A DNA stretch of 64,000 nucleotides from Peribolospora baueri. Its lineage: Eukaryota. Both the position numbers and the translations under genes were made by a program. The stretch's first letter is position 1. The number at the start of each line of letters is the position of its first letter. This document shows, piece by piece, positions 10,901 through 23,069 of the stretch. The stretch lies in contig JAMDHS010000009.1 in the NCBI GenBank assembly GCA_029717555.1, positions 62,001-126,000 on the forward strand. The letters run 5' to 3'. The notes under the pieces are model-generated. The model worked only from the letters and a program-made list of their open reading frames with translations. It searched no databases and was not told the origin of the DNA.

Positions 10901-13900
10901 TCACTTCTTCCTTTTGGAGCCGGCCCCTCCGGCTTTCGACTTGCCCTTGCCCTTGGCGTTTTTCATCTGCCGATGGAGGAAGAAAAGAGTCGGGGTGGGC
11001 GTCAGCGGCAGTCGCCTTTTTTTAGGGGGACGATTACTCGTCTCGCCGACTTGAGCCCTTTCCGTTAAAAACAGCGCGAAAGGAGTACGGTGGGCGAGCG
11101 GGCGAGGCAGACGGACGGACGGACTGGGCGCACCTTGACCATCTTGTCCTTCGCCAAGTCCGCGTCTCCCTCCTCGCTGTCCCCATCGCCGTCGGCTTCC
11201 TCATCGGCCACCTCCGCATCCTCCTCATATGCCTCCTCCACGTCCGGAGGTGGGCCTTCGGACTTGATGGCCTTGGCTTTGCCAGGCTCGAATGCCTTCT
11301 GGAACGCGACAGGGTGCGAGGCGGCGTTGTACTTGCGCGTCAGGGCAGACTTGGTCGCGGTGGGGATCTTTCTCGCTTCTGCGCCCGCGTTCGCGTCCTC
11401 CAAGACGAGTTCGAGTGCCGCTTCGCGCTCCTCCAGACCCAAGAAATAATCATCCATCAGCGACACGACCTCGTCGACGCCGGCCTAGGAAGTCGAAGGG
11501 AAGGGTCATTGACGGAGACGAAAAAGGTACATAGTCACTTTCAGCTCTGAGCACGTCCGTGCTCCGCTCCACGACGAGAACGACAAAAACAACTGACCGC
11601 TCCTTCCTCGGCAAGAGGTTTCGTGAGTCCGGAGGCCAACGTTGACAGATACGTCTGACGAATTTCGTTTCTGTCGCCGCTCGTACGCAGGCGCATGCGG
11701 ACTTGAATGTCGCCCAGTGCGCGTGCCAGTCGTTGCTGCTTCGAGTTGTTGCCAAGCCACCTGTTTCCGAGTTAGGAGATGAGATGGCCACGGTGTTCGA
11801 AGGTGATCAATCATTGAGAAAGGTTGGCGGGTCATCTCACAGCGGGCAGGCAGAAACTCACGCAGGGAAGTTGATACCGCCATAGCCTCCTCCAGGGACC
11901 CCGCCCCCTCCACCAAACATAAACGAAGCTGGCCTTACGCACGACATGACGCCGTGGAAGGGCATGAGAGACCAGTGTTGCTGAGTCCTAAGGAAGCCCG
12001 CGGATGGAAAAAAAAAAAAAAGAAGCGCGACGTGTGTCGCGAGTGAAACGGTTCTGAGAAAGAGCGAGCCAATAGAAGTGATGGACAGATCAGATACGGA
12101 AGGCTCACCCATGAATCATGGCGTCCACGAGGTCTCCATCCGACATGGAGCTTGCCGCCTTGGTCGCAAGCTCGATCCTCTTTAACTCCCCTTCCCGACC
12201 TGGCAAACCGTTTGCCAAGCTCGGGTTTTGCTTCAAGTAATTCTCCTGTCGACAAGTAAAGGGACATGGAGCGCATTAGAACGCGAGCACAGAGTCTCCC
12301 CGCCCTTCCCTCTCGCGCGGTATGTCACCGTTTATGGCCGTTCGACGACCTACCTGGACGAACAGTGGCATGAAGCTGTGATCCTGGAAGTACAGATCTG
12401 TCTTATCGTTGATCGTCGCCTTGCTGGTCCTCGAAAACATGTACGGGCTCATGAGCGACGCGTAGAGCGTCCATGGCGTCTGAATGGCGTTCTTGATGTT
12501 GGCTAAGCTGAGCGCCTTGCCTTCCTCAAAGTCCATTGTCGTGTTGCTCAGTCGCCACGTGGAGAGCATGTTGACAACCTGTCGGATGTCCGACTGGGAG
12601 CCTTCCACTAGTTGATCCATCACGGGTGCAGGGATCTTCATGCCCTCGCGGAAGGCGATCGACATCAACCGTGAGCGGATGGCGTTCTTCTCCGGCCTGA
12701 CCAAGGAGGAGGCAAAGACCGACGTATCAGAGGTGCCTGTCTGAAGCCAGAAATGGAGAACGACGGGGATAACAAGACTGACTTTCTGAATGGGAGCTGA
12801 AAAGAAGTGTTTAAGAGGGGCTTCATCTTCGGGTTGGACTTATCGTTGCAGATGCAAATGATGGGAATCTGCCAACGAAGTCGCCAGCCCGCCGACGCAT
12901 TTATAAGGAGGACAGAAACATGATGAAGACCCATACGTGACAATTGAAGGGTAATGCAGCTCACCTTTGTCTTCTTGATGAGCGCATTGATAGCCCCCAC
13001 GCCACCGCGGTCACCACCGGACATACCGTCCACTTCGTCCATGATCAGACAAGTCCTATTGGTGATCGTCACGCCGTCAACCGTCTTCTGCTGTTTCTAT
13101 CAAGCAAGTCGAAATGGAGGGCGAGAAACGATGAACATGTGAACAAGACGAAGGTAACACACTAGACGGGCAACTTACTCCTTTGCTCATCCATCCATTC
13201 AGATTGGTGTTGTTCAACGTATCCGTCACAGCAGCCTGTCGACAAAAGAGGATACGCACGGCAGGATGAGGAAACTTCCAGCCCCCGACGCTGCCTCGAT
13301 TCCCTTCGCGATCCGGCAAAACCCAAGGCATCGCTCACCTCCAACAACTTCTTGCTCCTAGTATCGCTCGCGTTCAGCTCGATGGGCGTGAACCCCTCGA
13401 GCCGAGCCACCATGTGCGCCGCTGTCGTCTTCCCGATGCCCGGTGACCCGGAGATAAGTACGCACCGAAAACCGTTCATACCGTGTGGGCCAGGCTTCTT
13501 GAATCCAGAGGCGAGCGATTTCGGCCACGCCTGGAGCCAGGACTGCAGCTTTTCGACTTGTCCTTTGTTACCCACAACGTCTTTTGGAGTCTTTGGAGCG
13601 TACTTTACCGTCCAAAGTTGGACGTTGGGGCTGCTCGATGTGCGAGAGGCGGAGCGCGTACGGGCATAGAACGAAAAATATAAGCAGCTCATCGCAAGAA
13701 GGCATGATCGGACGGCATGCCTATCAGTCAGTCCACCTGCACCCTGGCTCACTCGTCCTGACTTGCGGACCCCATAGCCTTAGCGGCCTCCTTAATCTTC
13801 TTCTCTTCCGCCTCCAACTTTTTCTTCGTCTTCTCGTCCACATCCCCGGCGTTTCTTGTGGCGATCAGGTCCAAGAACCCGTCTTCGTCCAGCGTGGGGA

Positions 13901-15118
13901 TTTTCTTCGCTTTGATTGCCTCCAACTTCTTCGCTCCTGCATTCTCGCCTACTACCACATACGAGGTCCGCCCAGAAGGAGTCGTGGTCACGTTGCTGGA
14001 ATTCGGGCAAGTGTGGGCACGGTTAGACGTCCGTGGATTCGTGAGCGGAGTTATGCTGTGATATCTTCCCTGCCCACACTTCAGTCTTAACTCACCCGCC
14101 ATACCGCTTTGCCAGCTCGATAGCTTCATCGCGCGACAAACTGCTGAGCTCTCCGGTGAACACAAACGTGAGACCCTGCAGGCAGTTGGGCTGCCCTTCC
14201 GGTACCTCCTTGCTTCCCGGAGCAGCCGGACCTGCTGTCCGCTGGCGTTGCTGAGAAAAGTAGCTGAGGAACGGAGCCAAGGTCGAGCAAAGCTTGGTTA
14301 ACCACGGCAAACTCAAGAATCAGAGTCCAGGGTGAAGGCACGAATACCCACGTGGCCTTCTGAGCCTTCTTTCGCGCTTCCGCATCCTCCACACCCTTGC
14401 TCTTCTTGTCCGCGTCTTCTTTGCCTCCCTCTTCCTTCTTCACGGTCTTTCCCTTGCCCTTGTTGGATGCAGCTGGCGTGGGCTTTTCTTGTTTGGCCAA
14501 TCTTGGGGCGGCAGTCTTAGCGGGCGCGCTCTTCTTCTTCGTCGGCTTGACGTCCTCGTCATCCGCATCCATAAAGACGTCGTCATCATCATCGTCCTCC
14601 TCCTCTCCATTTCGTCCGCCGACAAAGTCTCCGTCGTCCGGGTCGTCATCGTCGTCGTCACCATCATCATCGTAGGTGCGAGCCCTCTTGGCGGGCCTCC
14701 CCACGTCCCGTCGCCTCTTCGCCACTGCTGGAGCCGCCGCCATAGAAGCCTTTGTATTCGCTTTCCCATTGTCGACGCTGTCCTTCTTTACCATAGATGA
14801 CTTCGGTTTCGGCTGGTCCACCTCGTCGTCGTCGGAAAGTATGGCAATGACGGACTTGCGCTTGCTGCCCGCGCCGGAAGACGTTCTGGCACGAGGAGCA
14901 GGAAGGTGGTCATCTTCGCCACCTGAATCCTCTCCAACCTGGCTTTGACTCCTGCCAGTCTTCTTGGCAGGCTGAGAGGAGTGTCCCCGGACTGGCGAAG
15001 ACGACGGCTGGTTCTTCTGCGACGGCGAGCAAAGAGCTGAACCGTCCTTCTTGGTGAAGAAGGAGGCGAGCGACGTCTGCCCCTTGGCGGGGGTCGTCAC
15101 AAACTTCTTGGGTGCCAT
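10901..15118 (-). CDS. RFC1: Replication factor C subunit 1, multi-exon
   Basis: BRCT (CLQGLTFVFTGELSSLSRDEAIELAKRYGG; TSYVVVGENAGAKKL), LWTVKYAP, Walker A GSPGIGKTT, ELNASDTRSK, IMDEVDGMSGGDRGG, and C-terminal KSALTRKYN. Confidence 0.97.
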
Positions 15119-15484
15119 GAAGAAGGGTGTCGAGGAGAGAAGGGCGAAGCGAGCGCAGTGCTGACTGCCCTACGGCCTTCTATCGTGATCCACCGTCGCC
15201 GTCGTCGACTCCTTCCGGCCGACCCCGCTGAGCAGAGCGAGACGCGATCGAGACGCGCCGCGGTAATTGAACTGCGGCGCATCATACATTCCCACCATCA
15301 CGTGCCGCCGGTTCATGGCTCGCAAGTCGCCGTGGCGATCATCCCCGGCCGGCGGTAGCCCCCAACGCAGACCTGCTTACTTTCCTCTCTCCCCGACTTT
15401 TCCTCTGAATGGCCTTGTAGCGTCGCTCGTTTCGCACCCTCCCTCCTGTTCCGGAGTTCCTCGCGTATACCCTCTCACCGAGCC

Positions 15485-18400
15485 ATGGCGCCGCCGGCGG
15501 CGGCCAAAGCGAGCGCTCAAGGCCTCATCATCTCCGTCACTCCCTCCCAGTCCGCCTACTTCGCAGGCGAGGACTTCTCTTGTACCATTTCCTTCACCAA
15601 CACTCGCTCACCTGCCCCCCCAGCCCCACGTTTCGATCCCTACGTCCATCACCACCCACGTGCGCGCACACAGAGCGCCGACTTCCGCGGCCTCGGAGGC
15701 ACGTTCGACTCCCAGCTCCAATGGCAGCAACAAAAGGCGCTCGAGAAGAACGCCTTCCGCGACTTCCCGCCCCCGTCCAAGGACCATTCTAACCTGCACG
15801 CTCCTCACACTGCCCTTCCTGGTTTATCCCGTCATCCACTCCCATCTGTTCCGTTTCCTGCCTCTCCCACCACACCGAAGCGGCCATTGCGAACCACGTC
15901 TGGCCCCATTCCGGCGCAGCACCCGCACTCCCGAAGACTCTCCATCGCCCCAAACCAGCAGGCCGAGGATCTCAACGACGCCTTCAATCTCGCTGCCGAG
16001 CTCGACTATGACGACGACGCTGTCAGCGTGACGAGCTCCGCCGCAGCCACTCCCTTCGGCGGAGGCTTCGATGCGCCTACGTCGGCGAAGCACGGCCGCA
16101 CGGCCAGCGCGGCAGACTTTTACAGTATGGGAAGAAACGACACGATGGAGAGCTTGTTCCGCGATTCGGTGACGAGCTGGAGCAAAGGGCAACGTGTCCC
16201 TAGGAGCGCCGGCATCGGTGGTGTCCAGCAACCCCCTTCCCCTTCGCCCTTTCCCGGTCCTTCGACTTCCAGGTTTTCTCGCCGAAACTCGTCCGTGTCG
16301 ATCAACTCTCCTACTTTTGGTCCAGGGTCGCTCGAGTCACCGCTTTTTCCGTCTTCTTTTGCCCCACCAGGCACTGAGACAGTGCTCTGGTCTTTCGCGC
16401 AGCTCAGCGGCTCATTCGAGGTGAATGAGAGCCTCGTCAAGCCGGCGGAGTTTGACGAGGTCAAGCGCGCTCTTGCGCAGGGAGGTTCTGGAGGGGGAGG
16501 AGGAGTGGGTTTGTCTTTGAGACGTGGAGCGAGGGGAAGGACGGTGGGTGGAGGCAGTTTAGGCGTCGAGGAGGAGGAGGACTACGCGGGCTGGACGGGT
16601 TACCTAATGGGATGGGGCGGCAGCAGGAAGGTGAATGGCCCTGTTAGTGGGGGATCTCTGGACGTCAAGAGAGAGAAGACGCTGGGCACCAAAGGCATTC
16701 CAACCTTTCAGACGCCGCCTAGCATCTTGGTCGTCGATATGCAGCTGGCGCCGGGGGAGACTCGGACATGTGCGTGTCTCCATCTCCCCTGCTTTGCTAC
16801 AGTTTCGGGGGAAGGAGCCTCATCTGACGCCACTTTCTCTTTTCGCTTCTCAGTTTCCTTCACCCATCGTCTCGCAACGGACCTACCGCCCTCTTTCAAA
16901 GGTCGCTCCATTTCTTTCATCTATAACCTCGTTCTCGGCACCAACCGTCGAACCGGTCCACCCTCGGCGCCGAATCAAGGCCAGCGCTCTCGAGTCATCC
17001 AGGTTCCCATTCGAGTCTTCAACCACGTGTCCGTTAGCGGAGTCCGGCCTTTCTACGACCTGTTGAACCCGGTGATCATATACAAGGACGAGGCAAGGGT
17101 AAGGGAGCTTGAGGAGGGCGCCGAGGGGACGTTGTCATCCGGGCGCGACGAGTCGAGGAAGGCGGCGCGGGCAAGAGTGGGAGGCAGGAGGGACGCTGCG
17201 AAGAGGGCGGCGGCGGATCTGAAGGCGGCGAGAGAGTTGGAACAGTACGCGCTGGACCTGCTGGATTCGTGCGAGGATGTCGAGCCCGAGGAGGAAGAGG
17301 GCTTGCCCGAAGGTATTGCTCATACGGACGTAGCCGCTGTGAAGAAGGACGGCGGCCTGCCTCCCGTCGCGCATTCCCGTACGCCGTCGTTGGACGTTTC
17401 CAGCAGCAAGGGCCACCGGAAACGTCCTTCGTTGGTGATCGCGGAAAAGGCCACTAAGGCGGCTCAAGAGGCCGCCGCTGCGGCCGCCGCGGAGGGAAGT
17501 CGAGAGGATCGGCGCGCGATCAGCCCAAGCAGCAGTCCAGAGGCAAGCCCGCCGACCGCGTTCCTCGCCCTTCCCGAAGGCAACAGGGCTGGGACTGGGC
17601 CCAAGGGCGGCAGGGGACGGAGGAGACGGAGTAGCTTTGTCGGGTTCGACGAAGCGGAGGATTTTAGTTGTAAAGCGGCTGTGGAGATTGTCAGCCGGAA
17701 TTCACAAAAAGGTAGGTTGGGCTCCCCCGCTCTGGTTTCGGGTGTGAATTTGAAGTTGATCTTTTGGATGCCTTCGACGCCCGTTTGGGACAGCCTCTTA
17801 TGACATCTCTAAAGACGGTGAGGTCGTCGCCGTGCTCACGCTCACGAAGATGGCCTATCGTCTCGGCGAAACGGTGAACGGCGTCGTCACTCTGAACGCA
17901 TCCAAGTGCCGCGCTAGAGTGATCAGGGTGAGTGACGTTGCGGACATTGCATTCTCCCCCTCCCTCCTCTCAAAGCGACGCTCACGTCTGTCTCTACGGT
18001 CGAACGGCGGTACAGTTCGCAGCGAAGCTGGAATCGGACGAGGCCATCGAGTCGTCCATCGCTACCCGACCTTCCACGCTCTCGTCCAGTCTTCTCCGCC
18101 GCGTCCACTCGGAGCATCACGAAGCGACGATGAACCTTGCCCGCGCCTCGTTCGCCCTTCCCATCCCGTCTGGAGCGACGCCGGATTTCTCGACCTCTGG
18201 CGTGCGCCTCCGTTGGAGCGTGCGGTTGAGTTTCCTCGTCCAGAGTGCGCCCTCTCCCGCTCAGGGTTCAAGGCACGGCCATGCCCCCTCCCTCGTTCCG
18301 CCCCGGCCCCCGCCCCATCTCGTCCCCGACGCGCCGGACGGCTTCGCGCCGTATCACACCGCCTACCGTGCCGTGCCGGACCTCTCTCTCGCCCCGCCGA

Positions 18401-18648
18401 GCTATATCGATTCCGACGGTCAGGGCAGTGTCGAAGAAGCATTTGAACACGGCCCGCCTCCTCCGTCGTCGTCGTCGTCGTCGTCGTCGTTGCCGCCGCC
18501 ATCTCCCCCCTCCGCCGATGCGTCCCCGTCCGCCGTCTGGCCTCGGGGGCTCAAGCCCAAGGTGGAGACGGTGGAGTGCAGCGTCCCCGTGAGCGTCTAT
18601 CCGGGCAACACGCCTTTCCGACCCGTGGCTGCCAGCTTTGCCATTTGA
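15485..18648 (+). CDS. RGP1: Rgp1 family protein (Ric1-Rgp1 Ypt6/Rab6 GEF subunit), multi-exon
   Basis: YFAGEDFSCTISFTN, VLWSFAQLSGSF, FQTPPSILVVDMQLAPGE, LPPSFKGRSISFIY, YRLGETVNG, TPDFSTSGVRLRWSVRLSF, ETVECSVPVSVYP. Confidence 0.9.
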
Positions 18649-19505
18649 AGAGGTCGTGGGGCGTGAGGAGAGATGTGGGGCACGGAGGGGATCGCTGAGC
18701 CCGAGATCGGCGTCCGTACGTCGGTCGCATTCAGACTGCCGGCCCGCTCTTGTGGGAAAGGGGGCGCGAAGGGGGGGGCGGCGGCATGATGTAACGCTCT
18801 GCGGGGAAACCCAGCCAGGGTAGCGATGAACGCTTGTGTCTCGTCACGTACATGTTATTTCGGAGTGCTTGATTAGGTTAGAGGCGCGGGAGTCCGCCCT
18901 TGTGTTCCACACTCTACCGGTGTGGCGTGCTTTCTTGTCTTGTCTGTCCATGAACAGGGCGAGCGAGGGGAGCGCGCAGCCCGATGAGGTCGATAAAGCC
19001 CAATGAAATCCACTGCATCATTCATATTGGTTGAGGTGCGAGCGACGTCGATGTCAATGGCCCGCCTGCGCCCCGCCCGGACTGGCCGATGCAGGGCCGG
19101 CCGGAAAGAGCATCGAGTGGAAGACGCCGAGCCGAGCCGAGTCGATTCCGGCTGCCGTCGCGGTCGGCGCTAACAGATGGACACGTCTCCGAGCTTGGCT
19201 GGCGGAGTCCGACCCTCGGCGCCCGCTCGGCTGGACCGAGGCGGAGATGGCTTGCATATCTTATCGCCGCTCCGGAAGCAAGAAGTTGCACAGATAAATG
19301 GATAAATGGCACCATCCCATCGCCGTCTCGTCGCCGTCCTGCCCTCCTTCTCTCTCTCCCTCCTCTCCTGCCTTTCTCTCCTCGCCACCGTCACCGCTCT
19401 CGCTCGTCCTTCTCACCCTCCTTTTGACCACGCTCCCTTCGTGCCGTTCGTTAGCTAGCGCCTCATCGAGTCGAGACAAGCTCGCTCGCCAGAGACATCA
19501 CAGAC

Positions 19506-21013
19506 ATGTCCGACGTCGTCCTCGCCAAAGCCAGGTGAGCGCGTCGCCTCTCTTCTCTCCTGCCCCGCATCCCCTTTCGCCCCTCACTCACGCTGGCCCG
19601 GCCGGCCGGCTTGCAGGTACGGCAAAGATGCGGTGCGGGTCCTGCGCGTCGTGCGCAACGACGGCTGGCACGAGGTGGTGAGTCCGGCTCTGAGGAGCGG
19701 CGCTGGGTGCGAGGGACGAGAGCGATGAGGCGGCCGCGGCTGACGTCCCGTAGAACCTGTGCCGCACCACAGGTAGAGTACACGGTCAAGGTCATGCTGG
19801 AAGGGTGAGTCGAGGTCTGCCGTCTGTTTCGCCCGCGTTCGGCAGCATCCACTTCCGTGGGGCTTACCGCCTGTCCGCACGCACATCGCAGCACCATCGA
19901 CACCTGTTACACTCAGTCGGACAACTCCGTCGTCGTCACCACTGATTCAATCAAGAACATCGTCAATCGTTAGTCCTTTTCTCCCTCCCGTCCGACCGCT
20001 GGCAGTTCTCGTCACGTTGACTACCGCTGACGGTGGCTCCTCGTCTTCTGCATCCAGTCAAAGCGAAGCAGTCCCCGCACGTCCTCTCGCCGGAGCTCTT
20101 TGCCCTCGACGTCGCCTCTAGCTTCCTCGTTAAATACCCTCACCTCTCCCTCGTGGCGGTTTCCTTGGCCCAACACCGCTGGACCCGTCTGGCCGTGTCT
20201 AAAAAGCCTCACCCGCACGCCTTCCGGCGCGATGGCGAAGACGTGCGTATCGTCGAGGCCGAGGTATCCAGAAGCGCCTCCGGGTCGGCGTCCTTGGAAG
20301 CCAAAGTCTGCGGAGGGGTGAAGGACTTGTTGGTGCTTAAGAGCACTGGATCTAATTTTGAAGGCTTCATCAAGGACGAGTTCACCACCTTGCCGGAGGT
20401 CGAGGACCGCATCTTCTCCACCTCTGTGGAATGTCGCTGTGAGCCGCCGTCCTCCATCTCTCATTTCGGCGATGGAAGGGGGGTCGTAAAGGTGGCGGAG
20501 AAAGGAAAGCTAGGGACTGACGCATCTCCCTTTCCGCCCGTTACCCAGACTCGGTCTCCATGCCCTCCCCCTTTGACCCTTGCGCTCTCGGCACGACCTG
20601 CCTCCCTCCCTTCGACTCTATCCACCCCTCCACGCAAACCATCCTCGTGCACACCTTTGCGACGGACGACAGCTCGTCGGTACAAGCGACGCTCTACAAG
20701 ATGGGCCAGCGCATCCTCGCAGAACACCCCCAGATGACCGAGGTGGAGATCAGAATGCCCAACAAGCATTACGTCCCCATCGACCTCGGATGGGCCAACG
20801 TGGACAACGTAAAGCCAAAGGAAGCTGAAGTGTTCCTGCCTTCTGCACATCCAAGGTGCGGCCCGCCTCGGCTACTCGTCGTCGTCCGACGTTCCTTCGT
20901 TGCTCTCTTTCGTCCCGACCAACACCACTCTCTTTTTCCTTCGCCTCTTTTTTTTGCTTCCCTTTTCCCCCAGCGGCCTCATCACCGCCACGGTTGCTCG
21001 GAAGACAGCTTGA
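19506..21013 (+). CDS. Uricase (urate oxidase), multi-exon
   Basis: Spliced MSDVVLAKAR|YGKDAVRVLRV..EYTVKVMLEG..DNSVVVTTDSIKN..VLKSTGSNFEGFIKDEFTTLPEVEDRIFST..SVQATLY..PNKHY..SGLITATVARKTA*. Confidence 0.95.
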
Positions 21014-21394
21014 CGAAGGACGTCTTCTCATCTTCTCTCAGATCGTAAAAGGACGGGGGTATGGGCAGGGATGTGGGCAGGGATGTGCCTGTCTGTCTGT
21101 CCGTCTCGTTGTTTGCTTGGCTTAGCCCAGCTTGTCCATCCACCCACCCCCCTCCTCAGCCTGTGCACGGACGTTTAAACCATTATTGTAGAATAGGCCT
21201 TGGGCTGATTGTGTGAACTCGAATCAAGAATACGGCACGCGTTCGTCGCGGTGACCAGTATGCTCGCTCGCTCGTCCAATCGCACCGCCTCGTACCGTCA
21301 CTCCACCTCGCACATGGTGCATGAGATCGTCATGGTAACCATACATCTACATCCTGTCCGCATCCTGTCCATCCTTCTCTTTCCCCGCCCGCGT

Positions 21395-22797
21395 TCAGGG
21401 GGCGACGAGGTTCGAAGGCGGAGGAAGAACGTTGTCGCCTTCTGGCGTCTGGTGGGAGGACGAGCGAGAAGGAGAGATAACAAAGATCAGCAGGCATGAC
21501 GGATGAGAGAGACGAAGAAAAAGAGAGTTAAAAAAACGACGTACGACATAGCAGCCGGAAATGCCACCGTCGACCTTAAAGTCGGTACCCGTGATGTAAC
21601 TGCTCTCGTCGCTGGCCAGGAAGAGCGCAGCCTTGGCCTGCTCGATCGCCTCGCCAAAGCGACCCATAGGCACGTGGACTAGGCGCCGGTTCTTCTTTTC
21701 TGGCGTGTTCAAGAAATCCATCAGAAGAGCTGGTTGGGGACGCAGGTAGGCAGGCGCAAACGACGTAGGCAAGGCGTCAGATGGGATGTAATCGTCTGGA
21801 TTGGGAGGTGAAAGAAAGACAAAGACTCACGGGTCCGCAGCGGGCCGGGACAGAGAGAGTTGAACCTGATACCCTCGCGGGCGTGAACCATGGCGAGCTC
21901 GCGGGTCATCGCAAGGACGGCACCCTGAGGGTAGAGAAGCAAGTCCCAACAGGGTTGGAGATTTACGTTGGCCACAAAATCGGCGCGGGGACGAGTGATG
22001 CGCTTACCTTGGACGCGGTGTCTGCCAGACAAAGAAAAAAGTATGACGCGCGAACGTGAGGACGGTTACGGCGGGAAAATACAAATAAACGAGGAAACCG
22101 GGGTCACCGGTAGCTTACAGGCAAGCTGAGGGGTAGCAGCCCCGAGGATGGCGACGAACGAGGCGGTGTTGATGATGCTCCCTCCGGCCGTGAGCTTGCG
22201 CGCAGGGTCGGCCTTGTTCTCCCGCATGGCCGCAATACCATACTTGCAGCCCCACCATACGCCCTTGACGTTGACCTGCATCGTCAGATCCCTGGAGTGG
22301 GAATGACGTCCGAGAAAGTGAGCCGTTTGGAGATGTGCGTTACGGTCGCACCGGAGAGCTCACCAGATCTTCTCCTCGGTGTTGAGCGCGTTGTCGTCGG
22401 CTGGATGCATGATGCTGGGCAAATCACAGGCAGTCATGAGCGTGCGCTAATGTTCACTCACGCACAGAATGGAGTGACAACGCTTTGGCACCTACCCTGC
22501 ATTGTTAAACAAGACGTCGAGTCTGCCAAACTCCTTGACTGCGCGTTCAATCATGTCCTTGACCTGCTCCTCCTTCGAGACGTCCACCTTGTGCGCCAGT
22601 ACCTTGATGCTTCCGTCCGCGTTGGCCTCCTTGAGCTTAGCCTTGATGGCCTCGACGGCCTTTTCAGCAGCCTCGAAGTTAAGGTCGGCACAGAGGACGT
22701 TGGCGCCCTCGAGGGCGAACTGGACGGACGTCTCGAGGCCGATCCCCGAAGCGGCGCCGGTCACGACGGCGCTCTTGTTCGCGAGACGGCCTGGCAT
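21395..22797 (-). CDS. Short-chain dehydrogenase/reductase (classical SDR), multi-exon
   Basis: [30 protein letters not shown] (on a 14-nt micro-exon, 22008-22021), [20 protein letters not shown]. Confidence 0.95.
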
Positions 22798-23069
22798 ATT
22801 CTGGGGAGAGGAGAGAGAGAGGGGTGGGGATTGGGAGGAATGCGAGGGGCACGGCGCTGACGACTGCGATGCTGAGAACGGAAGGTCGCTGGCCGATAAG
22901 GTCGGAGTGCGAGGTGTTAATCTCCAACGTCCGCCTATCTCCGTCGATCATGAACGCGTCGCGTCGGAACTCAACGACTTCTCTCGCTCGGCTCCTTCGA
23001 TCCCAAACAAAACCACCACCTCGCAGACGGCGCCCGTTTTGTACAGGCAGCCGACAACCAAGGCGGAGC

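Noticed and set aside
15242..22965. MCB-like ACGCG sites upstream of RFC1 (15242, 15253) and CENP-N (22954-22965)
   Set aside because: Plausible for cell-cycle genes, but such short CG-rich words are common by chance in this sequence.
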